Made by a program: the position numbers and the translations under genes. From Klebsormidium nitens (Eukaryota; Plantae; Klebsormidiophyceae), in NCBI GenBank assembly GCA_000708835.1, contig DF236952.1, positions 310,001 to 374,000 of the forward strand: DNA of 64,000 nucleotides. Direction: 5' to 3'. This document shows, in pieces, positions 38,371-50,500 of the stretch; positions within the stretch are counted from its first letter, which is position 1, and each line of letters opens with the position of its first letter. Below the pieces are notes generated by a model, which saw nothing but the letters and a program-made list of their open reading frames with translations, was not told the DNA's origin and made no database searches.

Positions 38371-40036
38371 TAATTATTTCAATGTAGGTCGCAACGCAGT
38401 CCCTTTTCAGTCAGATTCTGTTAGCCGCTTCCTGTCTAAGTTATGTGAGTAGGTAGCGCTAGACGTCAATCGCCTCCCAACTAATCCTGAAACCTCCGAG
38501 TCTTCATCGTTTAATCGCTGAGGTTAATCTGAGTCAGAATCAGGCCCGCCTTTACTGCGTTAGGTGAGGTAGTAAATTTTGTTAGCAGCTGTCTTACCAA
38601 AATGATCTGATTGCCTTTATTGACTAAGTGTTTGTGCCAGAGTATTAATTATCCACTCTTGCAAGCTCTCCACTATAAACTTGCAGTGACAACCCGCACT
38701 CGACTTCAATGGCCATACGCGCGCACAGATGTCATTGATAACTTACGGCAACTGGCAGTGACGTTGTCTCTTCTCAATCCAATATGGCTGCATAGGTCGA
38801 TGGACATAAACACTTTCGTGCACGCGTGCGCGTTTGGGAAAGCCGGGTGTTCATATCAAGCCTGCTGATCGTTCGATTTCGCATGCTAGTCCTCAATAGT
38901 GCAGCTCGGATGCCAGGCCACTGCTGGATCTCCGTTCCAGATTGTATGTTGATACATGAGCCCGCTGCGTTACGAAAGATGCACGTGATCCCCGGCCTTG
39001 AATTGATAAAGACTCATTGCACTACGAAGACGCACAGGCCATGGCTCCGCTTTTATATGCACTTATAATGCAGGCCAGAAAAGAATCCAAATTTGCTTGC
39101 TAGCTAATGCGGCAAACGTGCCAGGGTTGGTTCCCACGTCTCTCCATTCTCATTCGAGTTGCAGCATGTGTACATTCTCGCGTGCCAATCGGGCCCTAAC
39201 TAGGATCGCAATTGGGCGAAAGATCTTAGCAGCTAATTCTCCTCTCAGATACTCAAGTGAAGACTTGTGTTGTGCGACTACGAAGCAAGCACGAGTATGG
39301 TGTTGCAGTTGAGATTTGCAAGAACAGAACGAATTACTTTGCTAAACCGTTCCCCTGCATGTCCCTCGAAAAATGCAAATAGGAGAAGATTGTTGCATCA
39401 GGATAGCCGCACATGATCTCGTTTCGAGGCTGCGCAGCGACAGCGCAATTGACAATAATCCAACGTTGTTCTTGGTTTCGACGAATGGCGACGGTACACA
39501 TTCGCAGACGCCGGAGGCTTCCCTCAATTGAAGAGCCGCCCCCGATTCGTTTTGGGAGATCCCGAAAAGATGCAACGCCGCACGACAGATCAGCGGCGGT
39601 TTGTGGAACCTTACTTGCTCGCGTGCCCTGCCATGTTGTAAAATCCGCCAACATTCCAGAATTGCATTCCAAGCATCTTTCTCTAACACAGATAGAAAGA
39701 ACGAAAGCTCTGGCATTGGACGACACACGATTTCTGAAGGTTCCAAAGAACGCCCCCAATACAAATGCTCAGCTCGACTCTTCGATTGTGAATCTACGAC
39801 TGTCGTCTTACCAGACTCTTAGTCAAATGAAGCAGTGATTTGCTGCTATACTTTGATATGAAAGTGATTGAAGGCAATCAATAAAGAAAGCTTCAATAGA
39901 AGCTGAATCCTTGACAGTAAAGCTCTCCTCTCACGCTTACACAGGCGCGCTGGACGGTCCGATCCTTTCCCAGGATCTGGTAGCTCCACGGGTTACTCTC
40001 CTGATCTCACCATAAAGAACAGCGGGGGCGGCACCC

Positions 40037-43000
40037 ATGGCCGCACGTACCTGGACTGCCACGTGGCGCAAGACCTTAGGCTGGGAAGAAGGTGGCGCAG
40101 GCAAGCGCGCGAGCATAGCGCGCGGCCTCTGGTGCTATTGCGCGCTGCTCTCTGCGGCTCTGCTCATGATCTATGCAGTGTGCCGAAGCACTAGAGAAGC
40201 GGGGCGGTGGGTCAGCTCTCGTTCCAGGCAGTTTACGGAGCATCCTTTCATCGCGTCCTCGGCTGATCGCGCTGATTTTCCGCGTTCCGCTGGAGATTTC
40301 ACTGGACCGGAAACGTATGCTGGGGCGGCTCTAACCGGACACGCTGAAGCCGGCGGAACAAAGGAGCCGTTTAACCAAACGGAAGCGCTCCAAGGAACGG
40401 AAGAATGGTCCGGAAGGGAGCTCGACTGTAAAGATACTCCTTGTACCCTTCCTCTTCCTAAGCAAGATGGTGAGGGGGGAGATCTTATTGACGCGGGAAA
40501 GCAGAGTAAACGAGAGGAACAGCGGTTTGCGAAGTCTCCTTCAGCCATCGGAAAAACAGGAGGAGAGAAACGTAAGAGAAACGGTGCAGAGACTGGGGCG
40601 TCACAGGTGGGACACTCGTTGCCAGAGCTAAAGGGTTCAGCAGTAAAGATACAGCAAATCAACGGCTTAAAGACCCGGGATCCTAAAATGGCCCATTCTT
40701 TCGAGCATCGGAGTCAAAGTGTAAATTCAGAAGCAGGGGCACACGAGAACGACGATCAGGCAACCCGGTCTTCTCGACCGGGCACGTCTGCCGATGTTCC
40801 GTCGAAAACCGTAGGCACAAATGTAGAGTTGCACGAGAACGACGGCAGGAAGACCGGGGCTTCTCACCTGGGCCCGCCCAGGGTGGCCTTCATGTTCATC
40901 TCCAGAGGGGTTATTCCCACCGACCGGATCTGGGACCGGTTCTTCAGCGGCGCGGCGAGCGAGGACCTTTACTCTGTCTACATCCACTGGTGAGGAGACG
41001 TGTTTCACTTCTTTTCTTGGTCAAAGTCACACCGGAAGGATCTGGCTGCTAACCAGGCTGGTTAACCAGACTTGAGTCTGGTTCAATATCCAATGACCAG
41101 GCCATAGCCACGTTCGAAGTCTGAACATATAAGCAGCTTCTACCCAGCCCGTAACCGACCGCGATTAATCGTCAAAGAAATCAATTGTGAGTAGGCTCGT
41201 TTGTCTCAATTACCAAACGCTATGAGATCCAAATCTTCAAATGTGCGTTGAACATGCCTTACGTTCGTGCCTACCTAAGACCCCATGTTAGGCTCCTGGT
41301 CCTGTCCTTCAGCGCAAAATACGTCTCTACATTTACCGGTCAAATGTGTCTGTTTCTGATAGCACGGCATGGCAACTTCGAGAAGGGGGCAAACAGATCC
41401 ACTATTTGTAGAGGTAAGAGTTTGCCGGTGGAACGGATGGAGTTCGATTTGCCTGGGGCTTTATTGTGGGTTCTGGTACAGGGCACGTCCGCATTAATGT
41501 ATGCGTTTATTAAGCTTTCTAGCCTCTTTCAAAGTACAGCATGCAAAGACATACTCATGAGGTTGGAGTATCTCAATATAAGGTATCCAACGGGGAAGCT
41601 TTTCTCATTCACTAACGGAATTGAATTCGCGTTTCTAGATTTGCAGCCCTCAGGGGCTCTGATTGCAGAAGCGAGACTCATGACTTAACCAATCCAGGTC
41701 AAGTCTAATTAACCCGCATTTCTGATTTTGCAGCCATCAGGGGCCGGGCTTCAAATACAACGCGAGCACGACGGCCGCGCGCGCTTTCTACGCGCGCGCA
41801 CTGCCTGACAGCGGCCCCGTGGAGCGCTTCCACATCTCGCTCCTTGATGCGTACAGAAAGCTGCTCAGAAGGCGAGTGGGATTTTGTGGGTTAAGGGCTC
41901 GGGGTTTGTCTAACCGTTCTGGCTTCAGCGGAGCTGGCGGCATGTAATTACGAAAGTCTTTGGATTTCTCGAAAGACGAAGAGATGTTCTTAGTCCGGAG
42001 GAGCTTGTCTTGTCTACAGAAAGCTGCATATCGGCACCCACCTCTTGTTCTACCACATTTCCGCCTAGGATTTGCACGGTACGAAGTGAGCCAGCCGAAA
42101 ATTTCCTGCTTAAGCCTTAAGGTGTCAGACTCAGGTGATTCCCCCAGGACCCTTGACGACGGCAGCAACTTTTGGCTCGCGGCCGCGTTGCGCACTGAGG
42201 CGCGCGCGCGACACTGTCGTGCACACATTTGCCTTACCTTAGAGGACTTCGAGAGCCTACAAGATTAATGACAAACCCCTAGTTCTCTGATTCATTTTGG
42301 TAGCGCACTCCGCCAGTGGGTCGTACCGCCATCCAACTCGTGCATTCCGCTGCGCGGCTTTTGCTTTTATGAACGGAAATTCTAGAAGTCCCAGAGTCTC
42401 GACTCCATAAACCCCTAAAACCCTGTTTCGTGCAGCGCGCTCCACGACGCGGCCAACCAGTGGTTCGTGCTGCTGTCCGACTCGTGCGTTTCGCTGCGCA
42501 GCTTCGCCTACACGTACGATTACCTCCTCGCGGGTAAGTTGCAAACCAGCAAAACCTAGTATTACTTACAACCGTTCGATTACGTCCGATGGCACATCAA
42601 TGACAGACGGGTCAGATTGCCTGACGGTTCATCTCCAGCTGCTACAAGGGACTCGATTCAAATAGACCAAAGGCGAGAGTTCGAAGGTTGGTTAATCGCG
42701 TAAAGAAGTCATTGCAAACCCATCTCCGCCATTTTGATGCTGTCAGCGCTCCACTGCATATTTTGCTCGAAGCGGCCAGTTAGGCTCAGTTTCGTGTTTC
42801 AGGAGTCGCTTGATTAAGCCTTTCGGTAGCTCAAGCGTGGCCGTTGTGGTTTGAATTTCTGCGCCGAGCACCAGAGACTGAACAGATCAGGCCGCTGGAT
42901 CCGACGGAAATCACAAAAACGAGGGAAAAGGTTGGGCTTCATCCTTTTGCAGAGATAATAAGAGAACGCTTCACGCGTCGGTGCTCAATTGTTTCCCAGA

Positions 43001-44982
43001 AGCAGGCGCCGAGACTAGTCAACCTTGAAGCTGAAATTGCTTTGAGATAGTTAATACTTTCAGAACCTTCATCCAATCGTCTCGCTTTAGATCTGGGTGC
43101 CTAGCGTTAGCTTAGAAGCAGGAAAACTGCACCATTTGAATCCGAGGCGTTTGACTTACGTTACGAAACGATGAGACGCTGAAGCGCAGTAAAATTCAGA
43201 TTTTGAATGGATGCCTTCGCCTTTGCAGGGAACAAGAGCTTCGTCGACGCACGGTGGACCAAAAATGAGTGGAACTGGAAGAAAGCCATGCTGCCGGACA
43301 TTCCCCGGGCCGACTTCAAGACCGGTTCTCAGGTAGGTTTCTTCGCGAACACTGACCACTGGCCGGTCATGAGGAATTGGGATGTCGGCTTCATCAGTAA
43401 ACGGAATCGGAAGGTCGACTTCTTTAGTGCCCGAAGCGAGCGAACTTCTGTAAACACGGGACTTCACGGACGGAGGGACCGCTGGGCTATATTACCTTAG
43501 ACCGGAGAATGGTAAAGTCAACTCGAGCGCCCGGTTCAGATCAGCGAGAAAAGCTTCAAACGGTGCGGGTGCAGAGCAACGCCCGGTTGAAACGATCTGC
43601 GACTCAACCTCGGGGTTCATAGCTTGATAGGCTAGAGTCTTTTTACCTGCAGTGTTCTGCCTTGTTAGGGTCCCTTGGAACATTGACTCTTCGTTGCTGG
43701 GGGTTGGAACGCCTGTTGTATTGCCCGTTTGTTTGTATATATAACCTGACAGCTGCTTTTGCGAGTGAACCCTGAACCGGGAGCGACTTCTGCAGTGGTC
43801 GGCGGTGACGCGGCCGCACGCCGCGCTCCTTGCGCGCGAGCAGCGCTACTACGCGGCTTTCGCACGCGCGGGCCGGACCTCCCCCGACGAGCACTACCCG
43901 CCCACGGTCCTGCCCCTCCTGGACCCGCTCGGGTTTGATGACCGCACGCTGACCCATGTGGTGAGAATGCGCTCTCCTTTGATAAATGAGTTCGTGTGTT
44001 GCCGGCGGCATCTGTCCGGAACGAGGGTTTTGGAGGTCGCCCTATTCCTGCTCCGCACACTTGCTTGAATTTGATGGCCGGACGCTGAACCGCGTGGTGA
44101 GAATGCGCTCTCCTCTAGGAATTGTTCATGTCGATCACCTCGATCAAGTCTGCCGGGAACGAGCGTTTGCAAGGCCACCATCGAGTCTGCGTTTGGACGC
44201 CGCATGTGGACCCACGTTGTGAGAATACACTCTGCTACTCCAAAGTATTCCGGCCAGCTTTCGTTTATGCCGTCGCCGGTTTGTCCCGGGTCTGCCGAAG
44301 GTGAGCTTTGATCCTCCTCGGCGTGTGACCGCACACTGACTTATATATCCGGCGAATTATGCTGTTCCTGCTCCGTCTTTCTCAAGAAATGGGCCCTGGC
44401 TGGTCGCTTCCTGTGTCGGCGGTATCAGATTCTTCAGCTGCTCTTCATGCTTATCTCAACGCTGTTGTAACCAGCTCCCAGCTCTCCTCTCGTCCGAACT
44501 CGCGGGCACCTCCGAAGCGTGCCTCCAAATCACCGTTTTTGATGACGTGCTCTATTCCTTGCTGTTGCGGAGTACCTCATCCGTTTAGAACCCTACACTT
44601 TTCTGTCACTATCATCTCAATTTACAGAGCCCTAATGAGGCCTTCCAAAATCCACCTCTCCATTCGGCTCGACCTAACATGCTGAACGCTTAACTCAACC
44701 GATTATCCACTGATGACCGGGGTCCGTCTCGTGCAGGACTGGAGTGTCAAGCAGAAGGGCGGCAGCCCCAGATCTTATACACCCAACCAAATCAAGCGCG
44801 AGCTGCTCGCGCGCATCGCCTCCGCGGCCGGCTCGCCGCGCCCCATCTTTTTCCCGCGGAACCCGCCAGAGCCGTGCCTGGTGGGCGGCCGCGCCGCACC
44901 GTGCTACCTTTTCGCGCGAAAATTTCCAAAGGACACCGTAGAGAAACTCCTGGAACTGCTGCCGATTGAGGGTTTAGATTAA
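40037..44982 (+). CDS. Core-2/I-branching beta-1,6-GlcNAc-transferase family (GT14-like, DUF266/BC10-type) type II membrane glycosyltransferase
   Basis: N-terminal TM segment and long stem, then RVAFMFISRG...WDRFF...LYSVYIH, ALHDAANQWFVLLSDSC, KTGSQWSAVTRPHA, DEHYPPT, RTLTHVDWS, CYLFARKF. Exons 40037-40989, ~41734-41871, 42436-42534, 43229-43332, 43796-43960, 44737-44982. Confidence 0.93.
43930..44245 (+). repeat. Tandem degenerate copies of an exon 3' end plus donor in the last GT14 intron
   Basis: Real CTG ACC CAT GTG|gtgagaatgcgctctcc (43961); copies CTG AAC CGC GTG|gtgagaatgcgctctcc (44097) and TGG ACC CAC GTT|gtgagaatacactct (44219). Confidence 0.88.
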
Positions 44983-46060
44983 TCATGATCGAACTTTACA
45001 GCGACTATCGAGCGATGCTGTGTCGTTGATGTGTCACCACGGTTGCCTATCTTTGCAGAAAGATCTGGAGGATTCCCAAAATACTAGATACTAACAGCGT
45101 GGAAGGTCTGAGATGATGCAATCAACATCATACTAAGGGTCGGGGGTTACAAAAGGGGAGGTTTGACGGCTTTGACGGTCGAAGCAGAACTTTCTGAATC
45201 TTCAAACTCTTTGCTAAATCAGTACCCAGTCCAGGCTTATGCAGCTAGCTGAAGCCGCCCGCGTCGGAAAGTGACTTTACATAACCCCGGCCGTCGAAAC
45301 TCATTGCAATACGTAATAAGAGCTGCTGATCTACGCATACGATCTATCTTGCCAGCCACCGCCGTTGCCAAAAAGTCCTTGAAGATGATAGAGAAGCGCG
45401 GCGCTTCCAAGAATGAGCGGTGCTAAGAAAGCAATATGCTAAGAAAATAGCGCACAAACTGAGCCCCGCTCAGCGGGTGGTCGATCGCGGCCAATGCCAC
45501 GGTGCTAGCACTTCACTATATGCCGTCGTTCGCATTTGTAAACCGTTTGGGGCACTGTAGCATAGTCACAGCAGCGTTTAATATGACCTGACTTGGTTGT
45601 CTCCATCCTGCTGAATTGGATGAAGCTTTCAAAGTACATCCAATTGTGACTCGGCATGCCTGAACGAAGTGATGTGAAGTTGTGACATGATGCTGAGCTA
45701 TGAACAAGTTTTGGCGTCAGTGCCGCACTTCGTTCTGGCGAGCCTCGAAACATGAGACTGGTCCGCAAGTACTGCGCCCTTATCTTTGCCGTTGTAGCTT
45801 CTTGTTTTACTTCGCATACCCCTGCATTGTCTTATTGTACAGCATTGCTGAGTGGCCCTTGTACTCCAGCTGATTCAAGCGGCAATTTGTGGTATCCAAG
45901 CCAAAAACTCGAGCAACGCCGTAACTCCCAAATTCCATCCCGGTGTGCACGCCTTAAGCCCCTTACAACAAACCACGAAAGCATTACGTAAGCCTCACAT
46001 AACTTTTCTTTGATTCGCCCATCTGGTCCTGGCCCCTTCTCAGAGCCACCTATTTTGACC

Positions 46061-46912
46061 TTACTCCGCACTAGTCGGGCACTCTTTCTCCCCAAGCTCT
46101 TCCCCCGTCCCGTTCTGAATAAGGATCCGGTACTTCTTAAGCGCGTTACACGCCTCCACTGTCTCCCGCACCTTGAGATCGTCCCCAATGTCAAACCGCA
46201 GGAAGCAGGGCTCCTCTAAAGGGTGCCCGGTTGACAGCCCGTTCCCCCGGAGATCGTACTGGGCAATCACCCGACCGGTCGTGGGGCTGGCAAAAAGGTC
46301 CAGATCATTCACGGTGAAATTGACGTACTGGGAGTAAACTCCGACCGCTCTTAGCACTGCGTCCGGACCCTGTAGGCATCAGAAAAAGGTCGAATTGGAA
46401 GTGTTGGATTTCCAAATTTCCAAATTACTACTGCCACGAGTCTCGCGGTTTGTGCATAGTATCTTCGTTTTTTTGTCGTTCGTTGCTTTCGAAGATACCT
46501 CGGTCCTGCACATTGCAAATCGCTTCTTTAGAACACTGGTTTGCGTTCTCGCATCCATACTGTTTTCCTTTACTAAAACACTTGATTGGAAGCCGTCTTC
46601 CCTTATGATCATACTCAAGCTAAGTGTTCTTGAATGGTATAACCTTTTGGACGTCTCTGTGAAGTCTGGAGGGGAATGGTTTAATGTCTCCAGAGCGATA
46701 ACATTTACTGATGTGCAGGTTAGGAATTCATCAGCGCGGACAGTCACAGTAAAAATAAAGGCAGCCCCATATGATTTGTGCCCAGCTTTTTTGACGCGTC
46801 CTGTCCACGAATGTCAAGAAGCAAACGGGTCTTCACGTTTTCAGAGACGCAGTATATGTCGCACCTTTATAACGCCAATTTCATTACCAGCCGAATGGAT
46901 TGCGGCTTGCAT
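46061..46912 (-). CDS. Small protein, probably NTF2/SnoaL-like fold (N-terminus uncertain)
   Basis: Exon 46061-46369 GPDAVLRAVGVYSQYVNFTVNDLDLFASPTTGRVIAQYDLRGNGLSTGHPLEEPCFLRFDIGDDLKVRETVE..., joined in phase 0 to a candidate exon 46865-46912 (...GNEIGVIK|gtgcga). The alternating beta pattern and IKGPDAV motif suggest SnoaL-like; this is inference. Confidence 0.5.
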
Positions 46913-47565
46913 GCTGGCCGAAACATGTGCTCCTCAGTGCACGTGAATCGACGGGCGTCGAAACTAGTCTCAGTTTTATGCACACAAGTTATCTAGTTTG
47001 TTGTACGTGCACCTTTCTAAGAAGTCCGAGACCCCAAGCAGAGGGCGATCAGGAAGAATATTTGTCGAGCTTTGGCAGCCAACAGTGAAGATACAAACGT
47101 ACCTCTGCAGGTATTTCAAACGTCGTTTCGGAGTTCGAACAGGGCTTGTACTCAGTGCGCGATCGAATCAGCCCTGGCGCCAGATTGGGCGCGCGCGTAT
47201 CAAGAAAACTGATTATCATGCATGATCTGGCCAAATCGCATGGAAGAAAGTCAACTTGCGGCCGATGACCAACGGGCAATGGCAGTATCGTATTAAGCCA
47301 CTCAAAAACCTGGCGGCATGTGCACAAGCCTCTGTGCAGACCAACATCAATTTGCATACATGTTTGTTGAAAGCTGACATTAATATGTCCTGCATACCTT
47401 TTGTACCTAAGTCTGCAAAACATACTATTTCTGCACGGAAGGGCCAGTCTTGCTCAATACTTGACTACGTCTTAGCTTCACTTCCACTTGCCCTTCCTTT
47501 GCGCATCTTACAGCCGGCGACACTGTAATAAACCGCACTAGCTAACGTCTTAGTAACTCACACGC

Positions 47566-50500
47566 TCAAGAATCCGTCTTCGCCACCTTTGCGGGCCGTT
47601 GCCCCTCGTCGTCATCATTGAACACGCGTTTCTGATTTGGCCCGGGCACGGCCCCCTCCCGGGCCTCGACTTCCTCCACTACCCCTCCCCCTCNCNCNCN
47701 CNCTCNNNNNNNNNNNNNNNNNNNNCCGACTCCACTTCCCCGCCGTCCCCTCGCCCCCCCCCCGGCCGCCCCCCTCCTCGCCCGCCCCCTCGCCCCCGGC
47801 CGCCCCCCGTCCCCCCCTCCCCCGGTTACCGCCTCGACCCCCCCGGCCACCCCCCCTGCTTTCCCGGTAGCTCCGCTGGCCTTGCCGAAGCCGTACCCAG
47901 TAGCCCTTCTCATCGTCTCCTGCAAAGGACAGAGATTGCGATTGAGTGTTAGCTCCCGCACAGGTGACAATTAGGGAACACGGTATGCAGGCAGCCAAGG
48001 GCGATGAAACAAGCCCTCTGTCCGTCGCACGGTGAGACATAAATCTCGCATGCTGAAGGGAATGTGAGGCGTTTCGCAAGCTGTTCGACAGCGGGCAGAA
48101 GCGCGTCCATCGAGCCTTGGTCGAGTGGACTGGAGGTATGTCTCTAGAAGAAAGCAAAGTCAAAGACGTCCACCGCCAATCGCCTTCGCATGTAAGGAGT
48201 TACTTCCAAGGTGCATTCGGTTACTTCGGAGACGAGAACACGAGAGCAAGCGAGACCCAACGAAGTATGCAGAGCGCGGAGGCCGTACCTTCCAGCAATT
48301 TGAACACAGCCATGTACCGGTCACCGTCGGCGAGCTTCAGGCCGCCCTCGTCCGCCGCTTCAGATGCCTTCACCGTGGCCTGCGCACCGTCCGGAGACTC
48401 AAAGCGAACGAAGCCCCCGGGGTTCCCTCGAAGGTAATCAATAAACTGCAGAGGAGTTGACCGGGCTTCGATCCAATGGACAGGACATGAAAGGATGAGG
48501 GTTTGGAGAGAACCTTGACTCCCGTGTTCCAATCAACGGACTCTGTATGACAAGCGAGGCGATCTCGAGCAGACACAGTGGCAGGGATGTCTTCAAAGTC
48601 GCCGAGAAACTGCAAAGAGAGCGTTGTTGTGGACTGGCTCCTAATTGGAACAGAGCCAGCGAGCACAGAATCAGGAAGTGCGGATCAGGAAGAGGTACGC
48701 ACAGTCGTCGGACAGATATGATGCAATCAGGGAGGCTTCGAGACTCGGGTTTTAGACGGTCAAGATCGGTCGAACTGCGCTGTTGAACATCTATAAAGGG
48801 CTCCATCTGAATTCAGAAGTCCAGTAGCGTCTACTGAGACACGTTCGTCGAGTTGCAGCAAAACCGTCTCAAAAGCTATGCAAAGCAGCCAAGACCTCAA
48901 AAGTGAAAACGAATGTCCTCAATCTGGGAATATAGTCATCATCCGACACAGGAAAGGCACGATACCGTCCAGAGGGGCGGCCCCAAACCTGCTATAAAAA
49001 TGACACAAAGACATCTCCCGGGCTGAAAACCAGCCGGGGAGACCGCCTTATTGATCTACGAAGGCTAACTAAGGAGGCGCACATTAGGGGTGCGATCCAA
49101 CTAACGCCTTCCGAACAAGCAAGTCAACCTCGAAGGAAAAAGCTTACCCTGCTTCACAAATGTAAGCACATTAAGCTTGGTGTACAGACGATCCAGTGTA
49201 AAATCTCACCTTGACCACCCCCAGCCCCTCAACCGCTTTGCTGACGTCCTCCCGCTGGATCCGCGGCCCCTCTTCCTCTTCCTTCTCCTCTTCAAACTTC
49301 TCTTCGTCTCCGTCGCCCCCGGCTGCCCCGCTCGGCCCCGCCTTATCCCCCTCGTCGGACGCCCCCGCCTTTTCTTCCGTCTTCGTGAGGTCCTTGATCT
49401 CGAAGCTGACAATCAGGCCCTTGTCGTACTCGATGTCCTCCTCCTCTGCTTCCTGAGCCTCCTCTTTCTTTTGCCTGCGGGAGCATACAAATGAATTACA
49501 AGAGAGAGAGCCCTTGTAAACCTTTGATAGGGAGTCTATCCAGCCGAAATGTTGGCCGGAACCCTGAGAGCGGGGATCCAGACGACCACACAGCCCTTAT
49601 CGAGACCGGCTTCAGCAAAGCATCGCCCAGAAGCAGAGGAAGGAACGCTTTTGATGAGTTTGCAACGTATGAGACGGACAAACACTCAACAGGACAACTT
49701 CTTTTACAGGTTGCTGGCTCAGCCAGCCAGCCAGGAGCTGGTCCAGACGGAAAACAGAGATACGAAGAAGACGGCTACTATGCTGCCCCAGAGTCAGTGT
49801 CGTATATGTCAGTACCAGCGTTTGATGCATGGATGAAGGGGCCAAGAATGACGAAAAGTCGACAGTTGCACAGAGACCACGATCAAAGCTAGTCACCCCG
49901 AATCACATACGAAGCGCCAGCAACAGTAACAGCGAAGAACACGTCGAGTCGGACCCTATACAAAGCGCGAGCAACAAAAAAGGCGAAAAAATAGGCAAAG
50001 AAGAGCCAGCCGCCGTTGCCTCAGACATCCAAGGAAGGAACCGCATCCACTCTCAAGCCCGGCAAGGCGAAAGCGCTCGGGGCGGGTACTGCGAATGTTT
50101 TGAGAAACGACCCATTTGGACTTCTCATCATCGGCAGCGGCGGCAAGTTAAGGCTCAAACAAACGGGATGCAAAGCAGAGTCTCTGAGGTGTGTACTTGA
50201 ATGAGCAGAAGCTCTTCCTTTTCCGTTTCTCCTCCCAGGGGTTCCGTGACACTCCACGAATCCAACACAAGGTGCTGACTCTCCAGCAAAACATGCATCC
50301 AAAGTCAACTCGAATGCCCACGCCTCCCAAAGGAAACGGAAGATAACACGAACACCAGATTATGGACAATGTCCAACGGACTGTGACGTTTGAAAGCTTG
50401 GACGTCCAAAAAGAAAGACATACGACTCCTCAAAATCGAGGCAATTTGCAATATAGACAGCTCATCCTCAGTCGCCTGCTCTCTTCCAGGCATGCAAAAT

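Noticed and set aside
39334-39838. Three overlapping ~140-aa ORFs on both strands
   Set aside because: None has coding-like composition or motifs; likely a chance stop-poor stretch upstream of the GT14 gene.
47615-47725. Apparent frameshift or alternative C-terminus in La
   Set aside because: Coincides with Ns in a low-quality G-rich RGG tract; an assembly artefact is the simpler explanation.
49491-50200. Two 120-130-aa plus-strand ORFs inside a La intron (possible nested gene)
   Set aside because: Explained by the purine-rich antisense of a pyrimidine-rich intron; no family motif or coherent exon chain.
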